A DNA stretch of 64,000 nt, taken from assembly GCA_963764165.1 (NCBI GenBank), contig CAVXRD010000004.1, forward strand, positions 544,001 through 608,000, written 5' to 3'. Shown piece after piece: positions 43,366-53,799 of this stretch (the first letter of the stretch is position 1; each line of letters begins with the position of its first letter). The notes beneath the pieces are model-generated. The model was given only the letters and a program-made list of their open reading frames with translations. It was not told the origin of the DNA and made no database searches. The position numbers and the translations under genes are program-made. This DNA is from an uncultured Verrucomicrobiae bacterium. Its GTDB lineage: Bacteria; Verrucomicrobiota; Verrucomicrobiia; Limisphaerales; Palsa-1400.

Positions 43366-43909
43366 GTTGCACTCCACCATTTAACAGCCGCCGCCGGAAA
43401 AAGGTGACAGCTTATTTTGCAACCCATATTTTGGTGGTTCCTCAACGATTTCGGTGGAATAGCAGTGGCAAATTTGATTCATGTCAGCCCTGCTATGCCA
43501 TCTCGAAAAAGTCTGGATTTTTGGCGAGTTTTTGACCCGGCTTTTCTTTCTGGCTGCCGCTGTCCGTGCCGCACCCTTGGGCTTGGCGTGAAGGCTCCCG
43601 GGCTCCCGGACTGAATAATGAAATAATCTGGAACTCCCGAACTCTGGAAAAGAGGTCAGAGTTGTTTTTCGAACGATGGAGGTGGCGCGAATGACGTGTA
43701 TAAATACCTGGCCGCCGATCCAAATAATTCATGAGGCGCGTGAAATCAGCTTCAATCTCTTTTCCTGAGTTCGGTCGTTCCTCATTCAATTTTTCCCATC
43801 AAGGCAAGCCGGCTGCACGGAAGTTCCAGAAGGAAAAGAAATCTCGCGCAGAGAAGATGAATGCGCACAGGAACTCACATGCAAATGTCCACTTCCGGTT
43901 GGTTTTTGA

Positions 43910-44141
43910 AATATTTCTCCAAAAATGGCGCCGAAAACACTCTGGTAGGTTTTCGATCCAGCCCCAGCCGTGGCAAAGTGCGCTCATGCAAAAGCAAGGT
44001 CATATTCAGAAAGGCTGCGCAGCGCGCCGCTTCGCATTCACCCGGCGCGGTCTGCGTGCCCAGGCATTGGGACGCCCGAACGGGTTTCGCCGGAAGAGGT
44101 TCGTTGCACCCTATTGCACCCTATTGCACCCTATTGCACTT
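43910..44141 (+). repeat. Dispersed element, copy 2, ending in (TTGCACCCTA)x3+
   Basis: 43930-43954 is the exact reverse complement of 21782-21806; tandem 10-mers at 44104-44140. Confidence 0.75.
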
Positions 44142-44330
44142 TGCGTTTTTGAGCCTCCCCGGCGCCCAGCTTGCACCCTCCAAAACAGTCATGAAAGCAA
44201 GGGTGACAACGCCTTGGGGGAAAAGTTTGTCGTTTTTCTTCATTGCCCCGGGAGGGAAAGGAATTTATACAAATGGGCCGTTTCCGGTGTCTAGTCCGGT
44301 GGAATACGTTGGGCAGAAGTTAATATAAAG

Positions 44331-47300
44331 ATGAATCCGAATCCGAATCCAAAACCGCCACAGGGCGCGCCGGCAAAAGGCGACGCCACCCCTGCTGCCA
44401 AACCCGTGGCTGCGGCCGGGCCCACCAAGTCGACTACGCTGCACTCCATTACCGCGGGAGCCGTGCCGCCGCTTTATCGGCGTCTCGATTGGTTCACAGC
44501 GCTAGTGACCTTCGCTGTGGTGTGGATCATTTATTTTTGCTGCCTTGCCCCTCAAGTAACCTTGGAAGACTCCGGCGAACTTTGCACCGCTTCTTATTAC
44601 GCTGGCATCCCTCACCCTCCAGGATACCCGTTTTGGACAATTTATACCTGGTTCTGGACGGTGTTGGTCCCGTTCAAGAATATCGCATGGCGCGTTGCCC
44701 TGGCTGAGGCGAGCACGGCGGCGGCGGCTTGCGGCATCCTGGCGCTCATTGTGTCGCGCGGCAGCAGCATGTTGATGGAAGGCATTGAAGAACTGAAATC
44801 CATGACCGGAAAATGGGAATCGGCCATCTGCTCCGTCTCGGGTTTTGTCGCTGGTCTCATGCTGGCGCTGGGAAGCTCCATGTGGAAGGAATCGGTGGTC
44901 ATTAACCGTATTTCCCTGTTCGGCGTGCCATGGCTGGTATTGGTCATGGCGATGATGCTGCGGTGGATGTATGCCCCGCATCAGCGGCGCTACCTTTATC
45001 TGGCGTTCTTTTTCATCGGCATTTGCTCGACCATTCACCAAACGCTCACGATGGCGATCATGGGCATCGAGATTGGCGTGGCGGCCCGGGCGCCAAAACT
45101 TGGCCGCGACATGCTGGCGCTGAATTCCATTGGTTACCTGCTGGGAGTCATCGCCAAGCACGCCCACATGGTCGGCATGTTCGATACCACCAACCCGATG
45201 GTCTACACGATCTTCACCGCAGTTGGCCTTTCATCGATTGCCGGCTGCCTTTACTTAACGATTGTCACCGGCGGTTTGATGACGGAATGGCTGACGGCTT
45301 GCGTTTCGTTCGTGCTGATGCTGGGCGGGGCGTGCTTCTACTTCTACGAAGCCATCGCGGGCATGACAAACCCGCCGATGGAATGGGGTTATCCGCGCAC
45401 GGTCGAAGGTTTTTGGCACGCCATCAGCCGCGGCCAATACGACAAGCTGAACCCGACGGATATCTTTCACGATTTCGGCCACTTCATCACCGAATTGGTC
45501 ATGTTGTTCAAGGGTGTGGCGGATGCCTACAGTTTGGTGGCCATGTTTTTCGCGATTCTGCCGCTGGTATTCCTCTTTAAGATGAAGAAACGCGAACGCG
45601 CCTGGATCATCTCCGTGGCGGCGATTTATCCGTTCTTGGGCGTGATGCTCTCGATCTTCCTGAGTCCAACCCGTGACCGGCAGACGTCCGAACTGGTGAA
45701 AGTTTTCTTTACGGCTTCGCACGCGGTCGTGGCGGTGATGGTGGGTTATGGACTGGCGCTCATTGCGGCCTTCATGTCCACCAATTACGAGAAGTTCCGC
45801 CGCTGGGGCTTCGCGGGCGCGGGTGTGGCCATCGCGCTGGCTCTTTATTCGCTTTATTCGGTCACGGAGGAAACCTTTTTCGGCCCGGATTTGGAAGCTC
45901 AGATGAGCCTGGGCCAACTGCCTCATTTTGTGGCGCAAGCATTCGCGCGGAATCAATACGGCTCGTCGATCATCGCGGCGCTGATGCTGGTGGCGATGAC
46001 CATCCTTTTTCTCGTCGCTCTGTTCGTGTATAACAAGCGCGCGCCGCTGGGCGTGACGCTGGGGTTGTTTGCGCTTCTGCCGCTGTATTCGGGAATGTCC
46101 CACTGGTACAAAAGCGAGCAGCATGACCATTGGTTTGGCTACTGGTTCGGCCACGACATGTTCACGCCGCCGTTCGTTGGGCCTGATGGACAATTGACCT
46201 ACGACGCCAAGCTGCGCGATGCCGCCGCCAAAGGGCCCAAGGGCAAAATGGTTTATCCCGAAATGGCGCGCGATGCCGTGCTCTTTGGAGGCACCGACCC
46301 TGGCCGGTTTTGCCCAACTTATACGATTTTCTGCGAGAGCTTCATTCCGCACGATTGCCAGCCAGCAGCGGACACCAACTATGACCGCCGGGATGTTTAC
46401 ATCATCACCCAAAACGCGCTGGCGGATAACACATATCTCGATTACATCCGCGCCCAATACAATCGTTACACGCAAATTGATCCGCCGTTCTTCCAGAATT
46501 TCCTTTCCGGCAGCGCGCCGAATATTTTTCACGGCCAATCGCGGTGGCTGCGCTGGCTGGACGACATTTTTGAAGGCATCGGCGCAAAGGTCGAGCGCAA
46601 CCGGCGAACAGGAACATCGTGGTTCAAGCCAGATCAATTTCTGAGCGCGAAAAGCCTCGCCGGAAAACTCCACGGGGCAACCGATCCACTGGGCAAATAT
46701 CTGTATGGGCGGTTAAGCAAGCCGACTCAGCAGCTTGTCGATTCCGGCGGCGATGAAAATGCGCTCCGCTCGGCGCTGACGCCTGATTTGAACGCGATCC
46801 TGGACGGCGAAAACATCTATTCGGCCGACCGTTTCGGAGGGATCAAACTTCCCCCGCTCATTCAAGAAGCCGCGGCCAGCGCCGCGCTGACGTCCAACAA
46901 CATCGTCCGCCTTAATCGGCGGATGCTGGAAGTAGCCTATCCTGATGCCATCGTTAAAAGCCTGGGCGGCGTTTATCCGGACACGGAAATCCAAACCCCC
47001 TCGCCGGACGATTCGGCGCAATGTTTTAACGACTATATTTACGACGCTCAACGCCGTCTGCAGCACGATTCATCGCATCCGAATGAGCCACGCGAAGTCA
47101 AACCGAACGAGGAAGTCCACATGGATCAAAGCGGACGCGTGCAGGTTTCCGGGCAGGTCGCAGTCATGAGCATCAATGGTCTTCTCACGAAGGTCATTTT
47201 CGACAAGAATCCGCACCACGAGTTTTACGTCGAGGAAAGCTTTCCGCTGGACTGGATGTATCCCTATTTGGAGCCGTTTGGCATCATCATGCACATCAAC

Positions 47301-48245
47301 CGGCAGCCGATCACGGAAATGTCACAGGAAACGATTGACCGCGACCACGCGTTCTGGAGCGAGTATTCCGCCCGCACCATCGGCAACTGGATTACATACG
47401 ACACCTCGGTCAAGGAGATTTGCGAGTGGGCGGAAGCGGTCTACCTGCGCCACGACCTGAGCCATTTCACCGGCAACCCGAAATTCGTCCGCGATGACGA
47501 CGGCCAGAAGGCGTTTTCCAAACTGCGCAGTTCCATTGCCAGCAGCATTTACCAATGGCGCTCGCAACCGCAAAATTCCCGCAGCGCCACGGAGCGCGCA
47601 CGGGTGACGAAGGAAGCGGATTTCGCGCTAAAGCAGGCGTTCGCGTATTGCCCGTACAGCCCGGAAGCGGTGTTCCATTACATGGATCTGATGCTGAAGC
47701 AAAATCCGCCGCGGCTCGACGACGCGATCATGATCCTTGAAACGTGCCACAAGCTTGATCCCTACTACACGCAGATCAGCCAGTGGATTGACGAATTGAA
47801 GCGCAGCAAAGCCGGCGGCGGAGACCAAATCCGCCAGGCCTTCTCCCAAGTGCAGCAATTCATCGCTCAAGGCCAGACGAACAACGCGGATCAGCTCCTT
47901 GATCAACTCATGAACGTTCCCGGCGCGGATATAAATCTGCTCATGGCCGTGGCTGACGCATTCCTGCGCATACACGATTATGCCAAGAGCGAGCAGGCTG
48001 TCACGAAGTTAACCCAGCTCGAGCCAAACTCTGCCCAGGCCTGGTATAACCTTGGGGCGGTTCAATCCGTTCGCAGCGAAATCCCGCAAGCGATCGAATC
48101 TCTCAAGAAAGCGATCGACTTGAATAAAGGCGAACTCGCAAGAGATCCGAAGGCGGCCAATTTGCGCGAACACCTTTTTCAGGACCCAACTTTTGCTCCT
48201 CTCCGCGAGACGCCTCAGTTCAAGGCCGCTTTTGGAGAAAAGTGA
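44331..48245 (+). CDS. DUF2723/TMEM260-like multi-pass glycosyltransferase with C-terminal TPR
   Basis: LAPQVTLEDSGEL...GIPHPPGYPFW motif; many TM helices; AWYNLG TPR. Confidence 0.85.
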   Translation: MNPNPNPKPPQGAPAKGDATPAAKPVAAAGPTKSTTLHSITAGAVPPLYRRLDWFTALVTFAVVWIIYFCCLAPQVTLEDSGELCTASYYAGIPHPPGYPFWTIYTWFWTVLVPFKNIAWRVALAEASTAAAACGILALIVSRGSSMLMEGIEELKSMTGKWESAICSVSGFVAGLMLALGSSMWKESVVINRISLFGVPWLVLVMAMMLRWMYAPHQRRYLYLAFFFIGICSTIHQTLTMAIMGIEIGVAARAPKLGRDMLALNSIGYLLGVIAKHAHMVGMFDTTNPMVYTIFTAVGLSSIAGCLYLTIVTGGLMTEWLTACVSFVLMLGGACFYFYEAIAGMTNPPMEWGYPRTVEGFWHAISRGQYDKLNPTDIFHDFGHFITELVMLFKGVADAYSLVAMFFAILPLVFLFKMKKRERAWIISVAAIYPFLGVMLSIFLSPTRDRQTSELVKVFFTASHAVVAVMVGYGLALIAAFMSTNYEKFRRWGFAGAGVAIALALYSLYSVTEETFFGPDLEAQMSLGQLPHFVAQAFARNQYGSSIIAALMLVAMTILFLVALFVYNKRAPLGVTLGLFALLPLYSGMSHWYKSEQHDHWFGYWFGHDMFTPPFVGPDGQLTYDAKLRDAAAKGPKGKMVYPEMARDAVLFGGTDPGRFCPTYTIFCESFIPHDCQPAADTNYDRRDVYIITQNALADNTYLDYIRAQYNRYTQIDPPFFQNFLSGSAPNIFHGQSRWLRWLDDIFEGIGAKVERNRRTGTSWFKPDQFLSAKSLAGKLHGATDPLGKYLYGRLSKPTQQLVDSGGDENALRSALTPDLNAILDGENIYSADRFGGIKLPPLIQEAAASAALTSNNIVRLNRRMLEVAYPDAIVKSLGGVYPDTEIQTPSPDDSAQCFNDYIYDAQRRLQHDSSHPNEPREVKPNEEVHMDQSGRVQVSGQVAVMSINGLLTKVIFDKNPHHEFYVEESFPLDWMYPYLEPFGIIMHINRQPITEMSQETIDRDHAFWSEYSARTIGNWITYDTSVKEICEWAEAVYLRHDLSHFTGNPKFVRDDDGQKAFSKLRSSIASSIYQWRSQPQNSRSATERARVTKEADFALKQAFAYCPYSPEAVFHYMDLMLKQNPPRLDDAIMILETCHKLDPYYTQISQWIDELKRSKAGGGDQIRQAFSQVQQFIAQGQTNNADQLLDQLMNVPGADINLLMAVADAFLRIHDYAKSEQAVTKLTQLEPNSAQAWYNLGAVQSVRSEIPQAIESLKKAIDLNKGELARDPKAANLREHLFQDPTFAPLRETPQFKAAFGEK

Positions 48246-48253
48246 CCGGGAAC

Positions 48254-48435
48254 TTGGCCACAGATTAACACAGATTAACACAGATTTTTGAAAGAACGGA
48301 TCAATCGGCTCGGGGCCGGTCTGAATCCGTGGGTGGTTCAATGGAAAGAATGGGATGTAATGAGACTTATGCGGCCTGCCTTCTGTTTGTCTGATTTGGT
48401 TTTATCTGTGTTGATCTGTGTAAATCTGTGGCCAA
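48254..48435. repeat. Inverted pair of (CACAGATTAA)x3 arrays
   Basis: ttggccacagattaacacagattaacacagat ... atctgtgttgatctgtgtaaatctgtggccaa. Confidence 0.85.
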
Positions 48436-48492
48436 TTCTCAGTGGCGGAATTCGTCCTTGCGGACGGCGGCAGGGCAATTATCGTTATATTT

Positions 48493-49323
48493 GTGTCCTG
48501 GTGGTCTGACCGTCATTTCTTTTTGCTGGCCGTAATTGTCTACGGCCTCAGCGCGCTCTACTCGTTGTTCCTCTGGCGCCGGGGCTTTCGCACCCATGAC
48601 CATATCAATTATGGCTTATTGCTGACCGGCCTTTCCCTGCACACGAAGGCCATGTTCATGCGCGGATTTTCGCTGCGCGAATGCCCCGTCCACAATCTGT
48701 ACGAAGCCATGACCTTTGTGGATTGGACCATCTTGGCCGCCTATCTGGTGCTCGGTTTGTGGCCGCGACTGCGGTTCCTCGGAGCGTTCGCCGCCCCGGT
48801 GATTTTCGGAATCGGCGTCTTTGCGCTCATGCCGGGATTGGATTCGCCCCACACCGCGCCTCAGCCATTCGCGGCGGCCAATGGAGTGGTCAGCTTGCAC
48901 GCGGCCCTCACCCTGCTCTCGTATGGCGCGTTTGGATTGAGCTGCGTGGCGGGAATCATGTATTTGAGCCAGGAGCACAATCTGAAGTTCAACCGACTGC
49001 GCGCCCTTGGCTCCATCATGCCTCCCATTGAGCGCCTGGAAAAAATCACCAGCCGCCTGCTATGGGCAGGGTTCCTATTATTGACGGCAGGGCTGGCGCT
49101 CATCCCTGTCCTCCTGAAGAGCCGGCCCGAATTGCGGGCGGGTGGCGACCCGAAAGTCATTTGGTCTGGACTCGTTTGGGGACTTTATCTGGCCCTGCTG
49201 GTGTTGCACGGACGGTTTGCCCAAACCGGGCGGAAATTTGCCTGGGGTGCGGTGGCGGGCTTTGCGTTCGTCGTCTTGACGTTCTGGGGAGTCAACCTGC
49301 TTTCTCCGTCGCACAGATTCTAG
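48493..49323 (+). CDS. CcsA/HemX-like cytochrome c assembly membrane protein
   Basis: CPVHNLYEA, SLHAAL and DPKVIWS motifs; first gene of the hemA-hemC operon. Confidence 0.85.
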   Translation: MSWWSDRHFFLLAVIVYGLSALYSLFLWRRGFRTHDHINYGLLLTGLSLHTKAMFMRGFSLRECPVHNLYEAMTFVDWTILAAYLVLGLWPRLRFLGAFAAPVIFGIGVFALMPGLDSPHTAPQPFAAANGVVSLHAALTLLSYGAFGLSCVAGIMYLSQEHNLKFNRLRALGSIMPPIERLEKITSRLLWAGFLLLTAGLALIPVLLKSRPELRAGGDPKVIWSGLVWGLYLALLVLHGRFAQTGRKFAWGAVAGFAFVVLTFWGVNLLSPSHRF

Positions 49324-49324
49324 C

Positions 49325-50389
49325 ATGGCTCTGATTGTCATTGGCGTGAGCCACCATTCCTCCCCCGTCAACGAACGGGAGCGATTCGCCTTCACCGACG
49401 CGGCCATCCCAACCGCCTTGGAGGAAATGCGCAAGAGCGGCCTGGCTCGCGAAGCCGTCATTCTCTCGACCTGCAACCGGGTCGAGATTTACGCGGTCAG
49501 CGATCTCCCGGAGGCCCAGGCTATTGCGCAACTGCGGCAATTCCTGCTGGATTACCATAAGTTTCAAGGTGCGCCGGATGGCGAAATTTATGGGCATGGC
49601 GGAAAACGCGGTCTGGAGCATTTGTTCAAGGTCGCCTGCGGCTTGGATTCGATGGTGCTGGGCGAAACCGAAATTCTTGGGCAACTGAAAAAAGCCTACG
49701 AAACGGCGCTGCGGCTCAAACACACCGGCGCCTCTCTTAACAAGGCCTTTCAACGCGCTTTCAACGTCGCCAAACTCGTGCGCACCGAAACCAACATTCA
49801 ACGCGGCAGTGTTTCGGTGGGATCGGTGGCGGTGGAATTGGCGGAACGCATTTTCAGCACACTAAGCCAGCACCCCGTCATGGTCATCGGCGCGGGGGAA
49901 ACGAGCGAGAAGACGGCCCGGGCGCTCTTGAGCCGGGGCGCGCACAGCATCTTCGTCTCGAACCGCTCGCACGAGCGGGCGATGGCCCTGGCGGCCGAGT
50001 TGGGAGGGCGCGCGGTGAGTTTTGACGATTGGGCGGCGGAGTTTGCGAACATCGACATCCTCATCAGCAGCACCTCCGCCCCGCATTGCATTTTGGATCG
50101 CGCGAAATTGGAGCCGCTGATGAAGCTCCGCAAGAACCGCCCTCTTCTTCTAATTGACATCGCCGTTCCGCGCGACATTGATCCATCGGTCAATTTTCTG
50201 GACAACGTTTACCTCTACAACATCGACGATTTGCAGGCCATTGCGGGTGATTATTTGAAGCAGCGCCAGCAGGAAATTGCGCGCTGCGAGGCCATCATTG
50301 CCGAGAAGGCGGTGGCCTTGCTGCCGGCTACGGATAACGCCCGGCCCGCCAACCATCCCCTGCCCGACATGGGCAAAGTCGGAGCGTGA
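49325..50389 (+). CDS. hemA: Glutamyl-tRNA reductase
   Basis: LSTCNRVEIY, GLDSMVLGETEILGQ, IGAGE and DIAVPRDI motifs. Confidence 0.96.
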   Translation: MALIVIGVSHHSSPVNERERFAFTDAAIPTALEEMRKSGLAREAVILSTCNRVEIYAVSDLPEAQAIAQLRQFLLDYHKFQGAPDGEIYGHGGKRGLEHLFKVACGLDSMVLGETEILGQLKKAYETALRLKHTGASLNKAFQRAFNVAKLVRTETNIQRGSVSVGSVAVELAERIFSTLSQHPVMVIGAGETSEKTARALLSRGAHSIFVSNRSHERAMALAAELGGRAVSFDDWAAEFANIDILISSTSAPHCILDRAKLEPLMKLRKNRPLLLIDIAVPRDIDPSVNFLDNVYLYNIDDLQAIAGDYLKQRQQEIARCEAIIAEKAVALLPATDNARPANHPLPDMGKVGA

Positions 50390-51339
50390 AAAGCAAAACC
50401 ATTTACATCGCAACCCGCGGCAGCACCCTCGCGCTCGCCCAGGCCGGCGCGGTCCTTGCCCAATGCCAAAAGACGTTTCCAAAGCTCGCGTTCGAGTTGA
50501 AAATCATCAAGACCAGCGGCGATAAATTCCTGAACGTTTCGCTGGCCAAACCCGACGCCTCGCTGCCGAAAGGGCTTTTTACGAAGGAACTGGAAGTGGC
50601 GCTCCTCAAAGGCCGGGCCGACCTCGCCGTGCATAGCTTGAAGGATCTGCCGACGGAACTTCCCGAGGGCTTGAAACTCGGCGCGGTGGCCGGCAAGCGC
50701 GCGGACGTGCGGGACGTTATTGTTTACAAGAAATCCCTGGCCGCCGGCCCAAAACTCGCCGATTGGCCGAAGGGGCTGACGGTGGCCACCAGCAGCACGC
50801 GCCGCCAGGCCCAATTGCTGGCGCTGCGTCCCGATTTCAAGGTGGTGGAAATTCGCGGCAACGTCGCCACCCGCCTCCGCAAATTGGCTGAGGAGGCGGT
50901 GCTTGACGCGACGATCCTTGCCGCCGCAGGCCTGAGCCGCTTGAAATTCAAGATTTCCGCCGCGGGAAAATTATCCGGAGCAGATGTTCCCGAAGGTTTG
51001 CTGGCGAAGATTTTGGATACGGACGAAATGCTTCCGTGCGTCGGGCAGGCGGCGATCGGATTGGAAGTCCGCTCCGATGACGAACAGGCAGCCTCCCTTT
51101 GCCGAGAGTTAAACGACGAGTCCACCTTTCAATGCATTACCGCCGAGCGGGCGTTGCTGCGCGCGCTGGGCGGCGGTTGCCAGATGCCCATCGGCGCCCA
51201 CGCAACGCTGAGTGGAACGGAGCTTCACTTGCGCGCGGTTTCATTTTTGGACGGCATGGTGCGCAAAGCCGAAAGCCGTGCTTCCGTTCACGAGGCTTCC
51301 AAACTCGGAGAGTCCGTTGCCGAGCAATTGAAAAAATAG
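50386..51339 (+). CDS. hemC: Hydroxymethylbilane synthase
   Basis: ATRGSTLALAQ, KGLFTKELE, VHSLKDLP and GGCQMP motifs. Confidence 0.96.
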   Translation: MKSKTIYIATRGSTLALAQAGAVLAQCQKTFPKLAFELKIIKTSGDKFLNVSLAKPDASLPKGLFTKELEVALLKGRADLAVHSLKDLPTELPEGLKLGAVAGKRADVRDVIVYKKSLAAGPKLADWPKGLTVATSSTRRQAQLLALRPDFKVVEIRGNVATRLRKLAEEAVLDATILAAAGLSRLKFKISAAGKLSGADVPEGLLAKILDTDEMLPCVGQAAIGLEVRSDDEQAASLCRELNDESTFQCITAERALLRALGGGCQMPIGAHATLSGTELHLRAVSFLDGMVRKAESRASVHEASKLGESVAEQLKK

Positions 51340-51340
51340 C

Positions 51341-51988
51341 CTATTCCGCGCGGACCGCAACAGCGGGCGTATTGGCCGCTTGCGCCGTTGAAGAGGCGAC
51401 TGTCACGCTTCCGACTCCGTCCACCAATACTCGCAGTCCCACCACCGTCATCGTCCCAAAATGCTCGCCGCCCAAGGTCGTTTGACCGTCGATCAAAACG
51501 TAGCCATCGGGCAGCACCACCGATTGGTTTGCCTCGCCCGTGACGGCAATCGCCTGCCCGTCTATAGTCAGGCCTTTGACCGTTGTTTTTCCATGCATCG
51601 GCACCGCCATCACATCGCCGCTGGCCACGGCCTCGGTCTGAACTTCGAGCGCGGTGATATGGTGCGAACCCAGCGTAATGTCCAAATGATTTAGAGACGC
51701 CTTGGAATGATTTTGGCCATTTGCCGCATCCGTCACCGCAAATAAATCCTGGGCGGAAACGCCGGGAGCAGGAGTTGCTTTTACTTCCGAGCTTTCGTGC
51801 TTGCCGCCGTTAAGCACGGCGGAGCCTGTGTCGCCGCAAGCCACGGCATTTTGATTCCAGGGATTTACCTGCAACGCCACAGCGCGGCCCGGGCGCGCCG
51901 TGGGGAGATTGTCGTTGTCTTGGGCGTCGGAAACGAACGGGAAGATCGAAAGAACTGCGATTGCCGAGAGCCACTTTTGTGTTTTCAT
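51341..51988 (-). CDS. Secreted beta-rich protein (choice-of-anchor P-like)
   Basis: Signal peptide MKTQKWLSAIAVLSIF; LTIDGQAIAVTGEANQSVVLP. Confidence 0.65.
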   Translation of the reverse strand: MKTQKWLSAIAVLSIFPFVSDAQDNDNLPTARPGRAVALQVNPWNQNAVACGDTGSAVLNGGKHESSEVKATPAPGVSAQDLFAVTDAANGQNHSKASLNHLDITLGSHHITALEVQTEAVASGDVMAVPMHGKTTVKGLTIDGQAIAVTGEANQSVVLPDGYVLIDGQTTLGGEHFGTMTVVGLRVLVDGVGSVTVASSTAQAANTPAVAVRAE

Positions 51989-52046
51989 AGCTGCCTCCAC
52001 CAAACGATAGGCCCAAAGCAGCGTGCGGCAATGCGGAAAGACTACG

Positions 52047-52754
52047 CTACAGCAACTGGGTGAAAAACCGATGCCAGCGCGGCTGATAGTAGTGGTCGTG
52101 GTCCAGCGACAACACAACGCCGATGGCGCGCCCCACAATTTTGCCCCGCGGCACAGTTCCCCAAAAACGCGAATCGTTGCTGTTATCTCGATTGTCACCC
52201 ATCACGAAATACCCTCCCTCGGGCACTGTCGTTGAATCGAACGTTCGACGCGCTGGGCGTTCCGGCAGAATAGTTAAAGGATGGGCCGGGCTATTCAGCA
52301 GTTTTTCACGAGTGTAAACCCGTGCGCCGTTGTTGTCGGGGGGGACGTCATGCCCCGTTGTATCCGGCAACGGTTCATAGGCCGCAGGCTGGCCGTTTAC
52401 AAAAAGGCGTTCGTCCCGAAGCTCCACCTTGTCGCCAGGCAATCCCACCACCCGCTTCACGAGCCGCGTTCCATCGACAGGCGAGAAAAAGACAATGATA
52501 TCGCCGCGCTTCGGATTTCCCCATGTCGCAATATGCCAGGTAGTAAAGGGGACCTTGAGGTCGTAGGCCAGCTTGTTAACGAAAACCCGGTCGCCTTGCA
52601 CGATGGTCGGATTCATCGAGCCGCTGGGGACGTCATTCCAATCCGCGATGGCCGACCGCACCGCCATCAAAATCAAAATCATCAACAGCAGCGATTTGGC
52701 TTCGCGAGCGAAATTTTTCCAGCGATCCTTTCCAACTGGCTTCGATTCATCCAT
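52047..52754 (-). CDS. lepB: Signal peptidase I
   Basis: VPSGSMNPT, LVKRVVGLPGD and MGDNRDNSNDSRFWG motifs. Confidence 0.95.
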   Translation of the reverse strand: MDESKPVGKDRWKNFAREAKSLLLMILILMAVRSAIADWNDVPSGSMNPTIVQGDRVFVNKLAYDLKVPFTTWHIATWGNPKRGDIIVFFSPVDGTRLVKRVVGLPGDKVELRDERLFVNGQPAAYEPLPDTTGHDVPPDNNGARVYTREKLLNSPAHPLTILPERPARRTFDSTTVPEGGYFVMGDNRDNSNDSRFWGTVPRGKIVGRAIGVVLSLDHDHYYQPRWHRFFTQLL

Positions 52755-52785
52755 GGAAAATTAGACACGCAGCCCAATGCAGCGT

Positions 52786-53706
52786 TTAATAATAAAAAGA
52801 GGGCCCGGGGCCGGAGCGAATGGTGAACTGCTGGAACGGCCGCCACTCAACGTGCCCGTCGAACATGCCGATGTTTCCGCCCGAGGGAACTTTCTGATTC
52901 AGCATGTGCGCGCTCGTGAATGATTTGAGCACCGGGACATCCGGATCGTCCGTATGTGGAATATCCGACCACTGAAAGTTCTTGAAGGTGTTGTAGGACG
53001 ACGACATGGAATCGCTCGCCGCGACGGTGCAGCACGCCAGCAAAACACGCGTCGACGCGCGAATCGGGTAGGAGACTCCGTTAACGACGATTGGCTCAGT
53101 TCGCAAGCGCGCATTGATATTCGTGGCCAGAAGAAATCCAGACGTCGACGCGTAACCGCTTACACCCGGCAGCGTCAGCGAATAGCCGACCACACGGAGC
53201 TCATCGTCATCGTCGTATTCAATGCCTGCGTTATTCCAGGATGTGACCAAGTCAGCGTCTGAATACTTCCCATACAATCCGGGATCATACCAAACTTTGT
53301 AAGTCGCACCGTAGGCTGCCAGGGAACTCCCATCGCCGTACGCAAGATCCCACGGCTGATGGGCGCCGACATCAAGCGGCAAATAATCCTTGTTTTCGTG
53401 GGCGTACATAATGAACGCCAGGGTTTCCTGCCGCTCATTGTTTTTGCACGATGTGCGGATGGCTTGATCCTTGGCTTTCGAGAGGGCTGGGAGCAAAAGT
53501 GCGGCAAGAATCGCAATAATGGCGATGACGACCAAAAGTTCTATGAGGGTGAAACCATCCGAACGCTGGCCGCAGGCAGCGCCACTGGCACGAGGGGAGG
53601 CCTGCTGAGGCCGCCTTGAAGGTGTTTCGGGCATGAGCTGGCACCGCGCACGTGTCGAGCCGATCCGCACTGAACGCAATGACGGAAGGGACTTTATGGG
53701 AGTCAC
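52786..53706 (-). CDS. Prepilin-type N-terminal cleavage/methylation protein with H-X-DG motif
   Basis: [25 protein letters not shown] and H...[13 protein letters not shown]; start codon uncertain. Confidence 0.9.
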   Translation of the reverse strand: MTPIKSLPSLRSVRIGSTRARCQLMPETPSRRPQQASPRASGAACGQRSDGFTLIELLVVIAIIAILAALLLPALSKAKDQAIRTSCKNNERQETLAFIMYAHENKDYLPLDVGAHQPWDLAYGDGSSLAAYGATYKVWYDPGLYGKYSDADLVTSWNNAGIEYDDDDELRVVGYSLTLPGVSGYASTSGFLLATNINARLRTEPIVVNGVSYPIRASTRVLLACCTVAASDSMSSSYNTFKNFQWSDIPHTDDPDVPVLKSFTSAHMLNQKVPSGGNIGMFDGHVEWRPFQQFTIRSGPGPSFYY

Positions 53707-53799
53707 ATAATTGTTGCAACGATAATTTTATGGTTTTTTTGGGCCTGCCACCCTCCTGCTCTTCCCCTCCTTCAAGAGTCCCGCCTGCTGCCGGCGGCC

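Noticed and set aside
43493..43789. 98-aa ORF upstream of the sigma factor
   Set aside because: It has no motifs and atypical composition; I cannot support it as a gene.
44104..44140. Tandem 10-mers here and at 48254-48435 as a CRISPR array
   Set aside because: The units are 10 nt with no unique spacers, and there are no cas genes in the window.
45255..46673. Long antisense ORFs (also 7568..8512, 11890..12858, 18706..19887, 53866..55014, 57205..58293)
   Set aside because: These are shadows of well-supported genes in GC-rich DNA and show no recognisable motifs.
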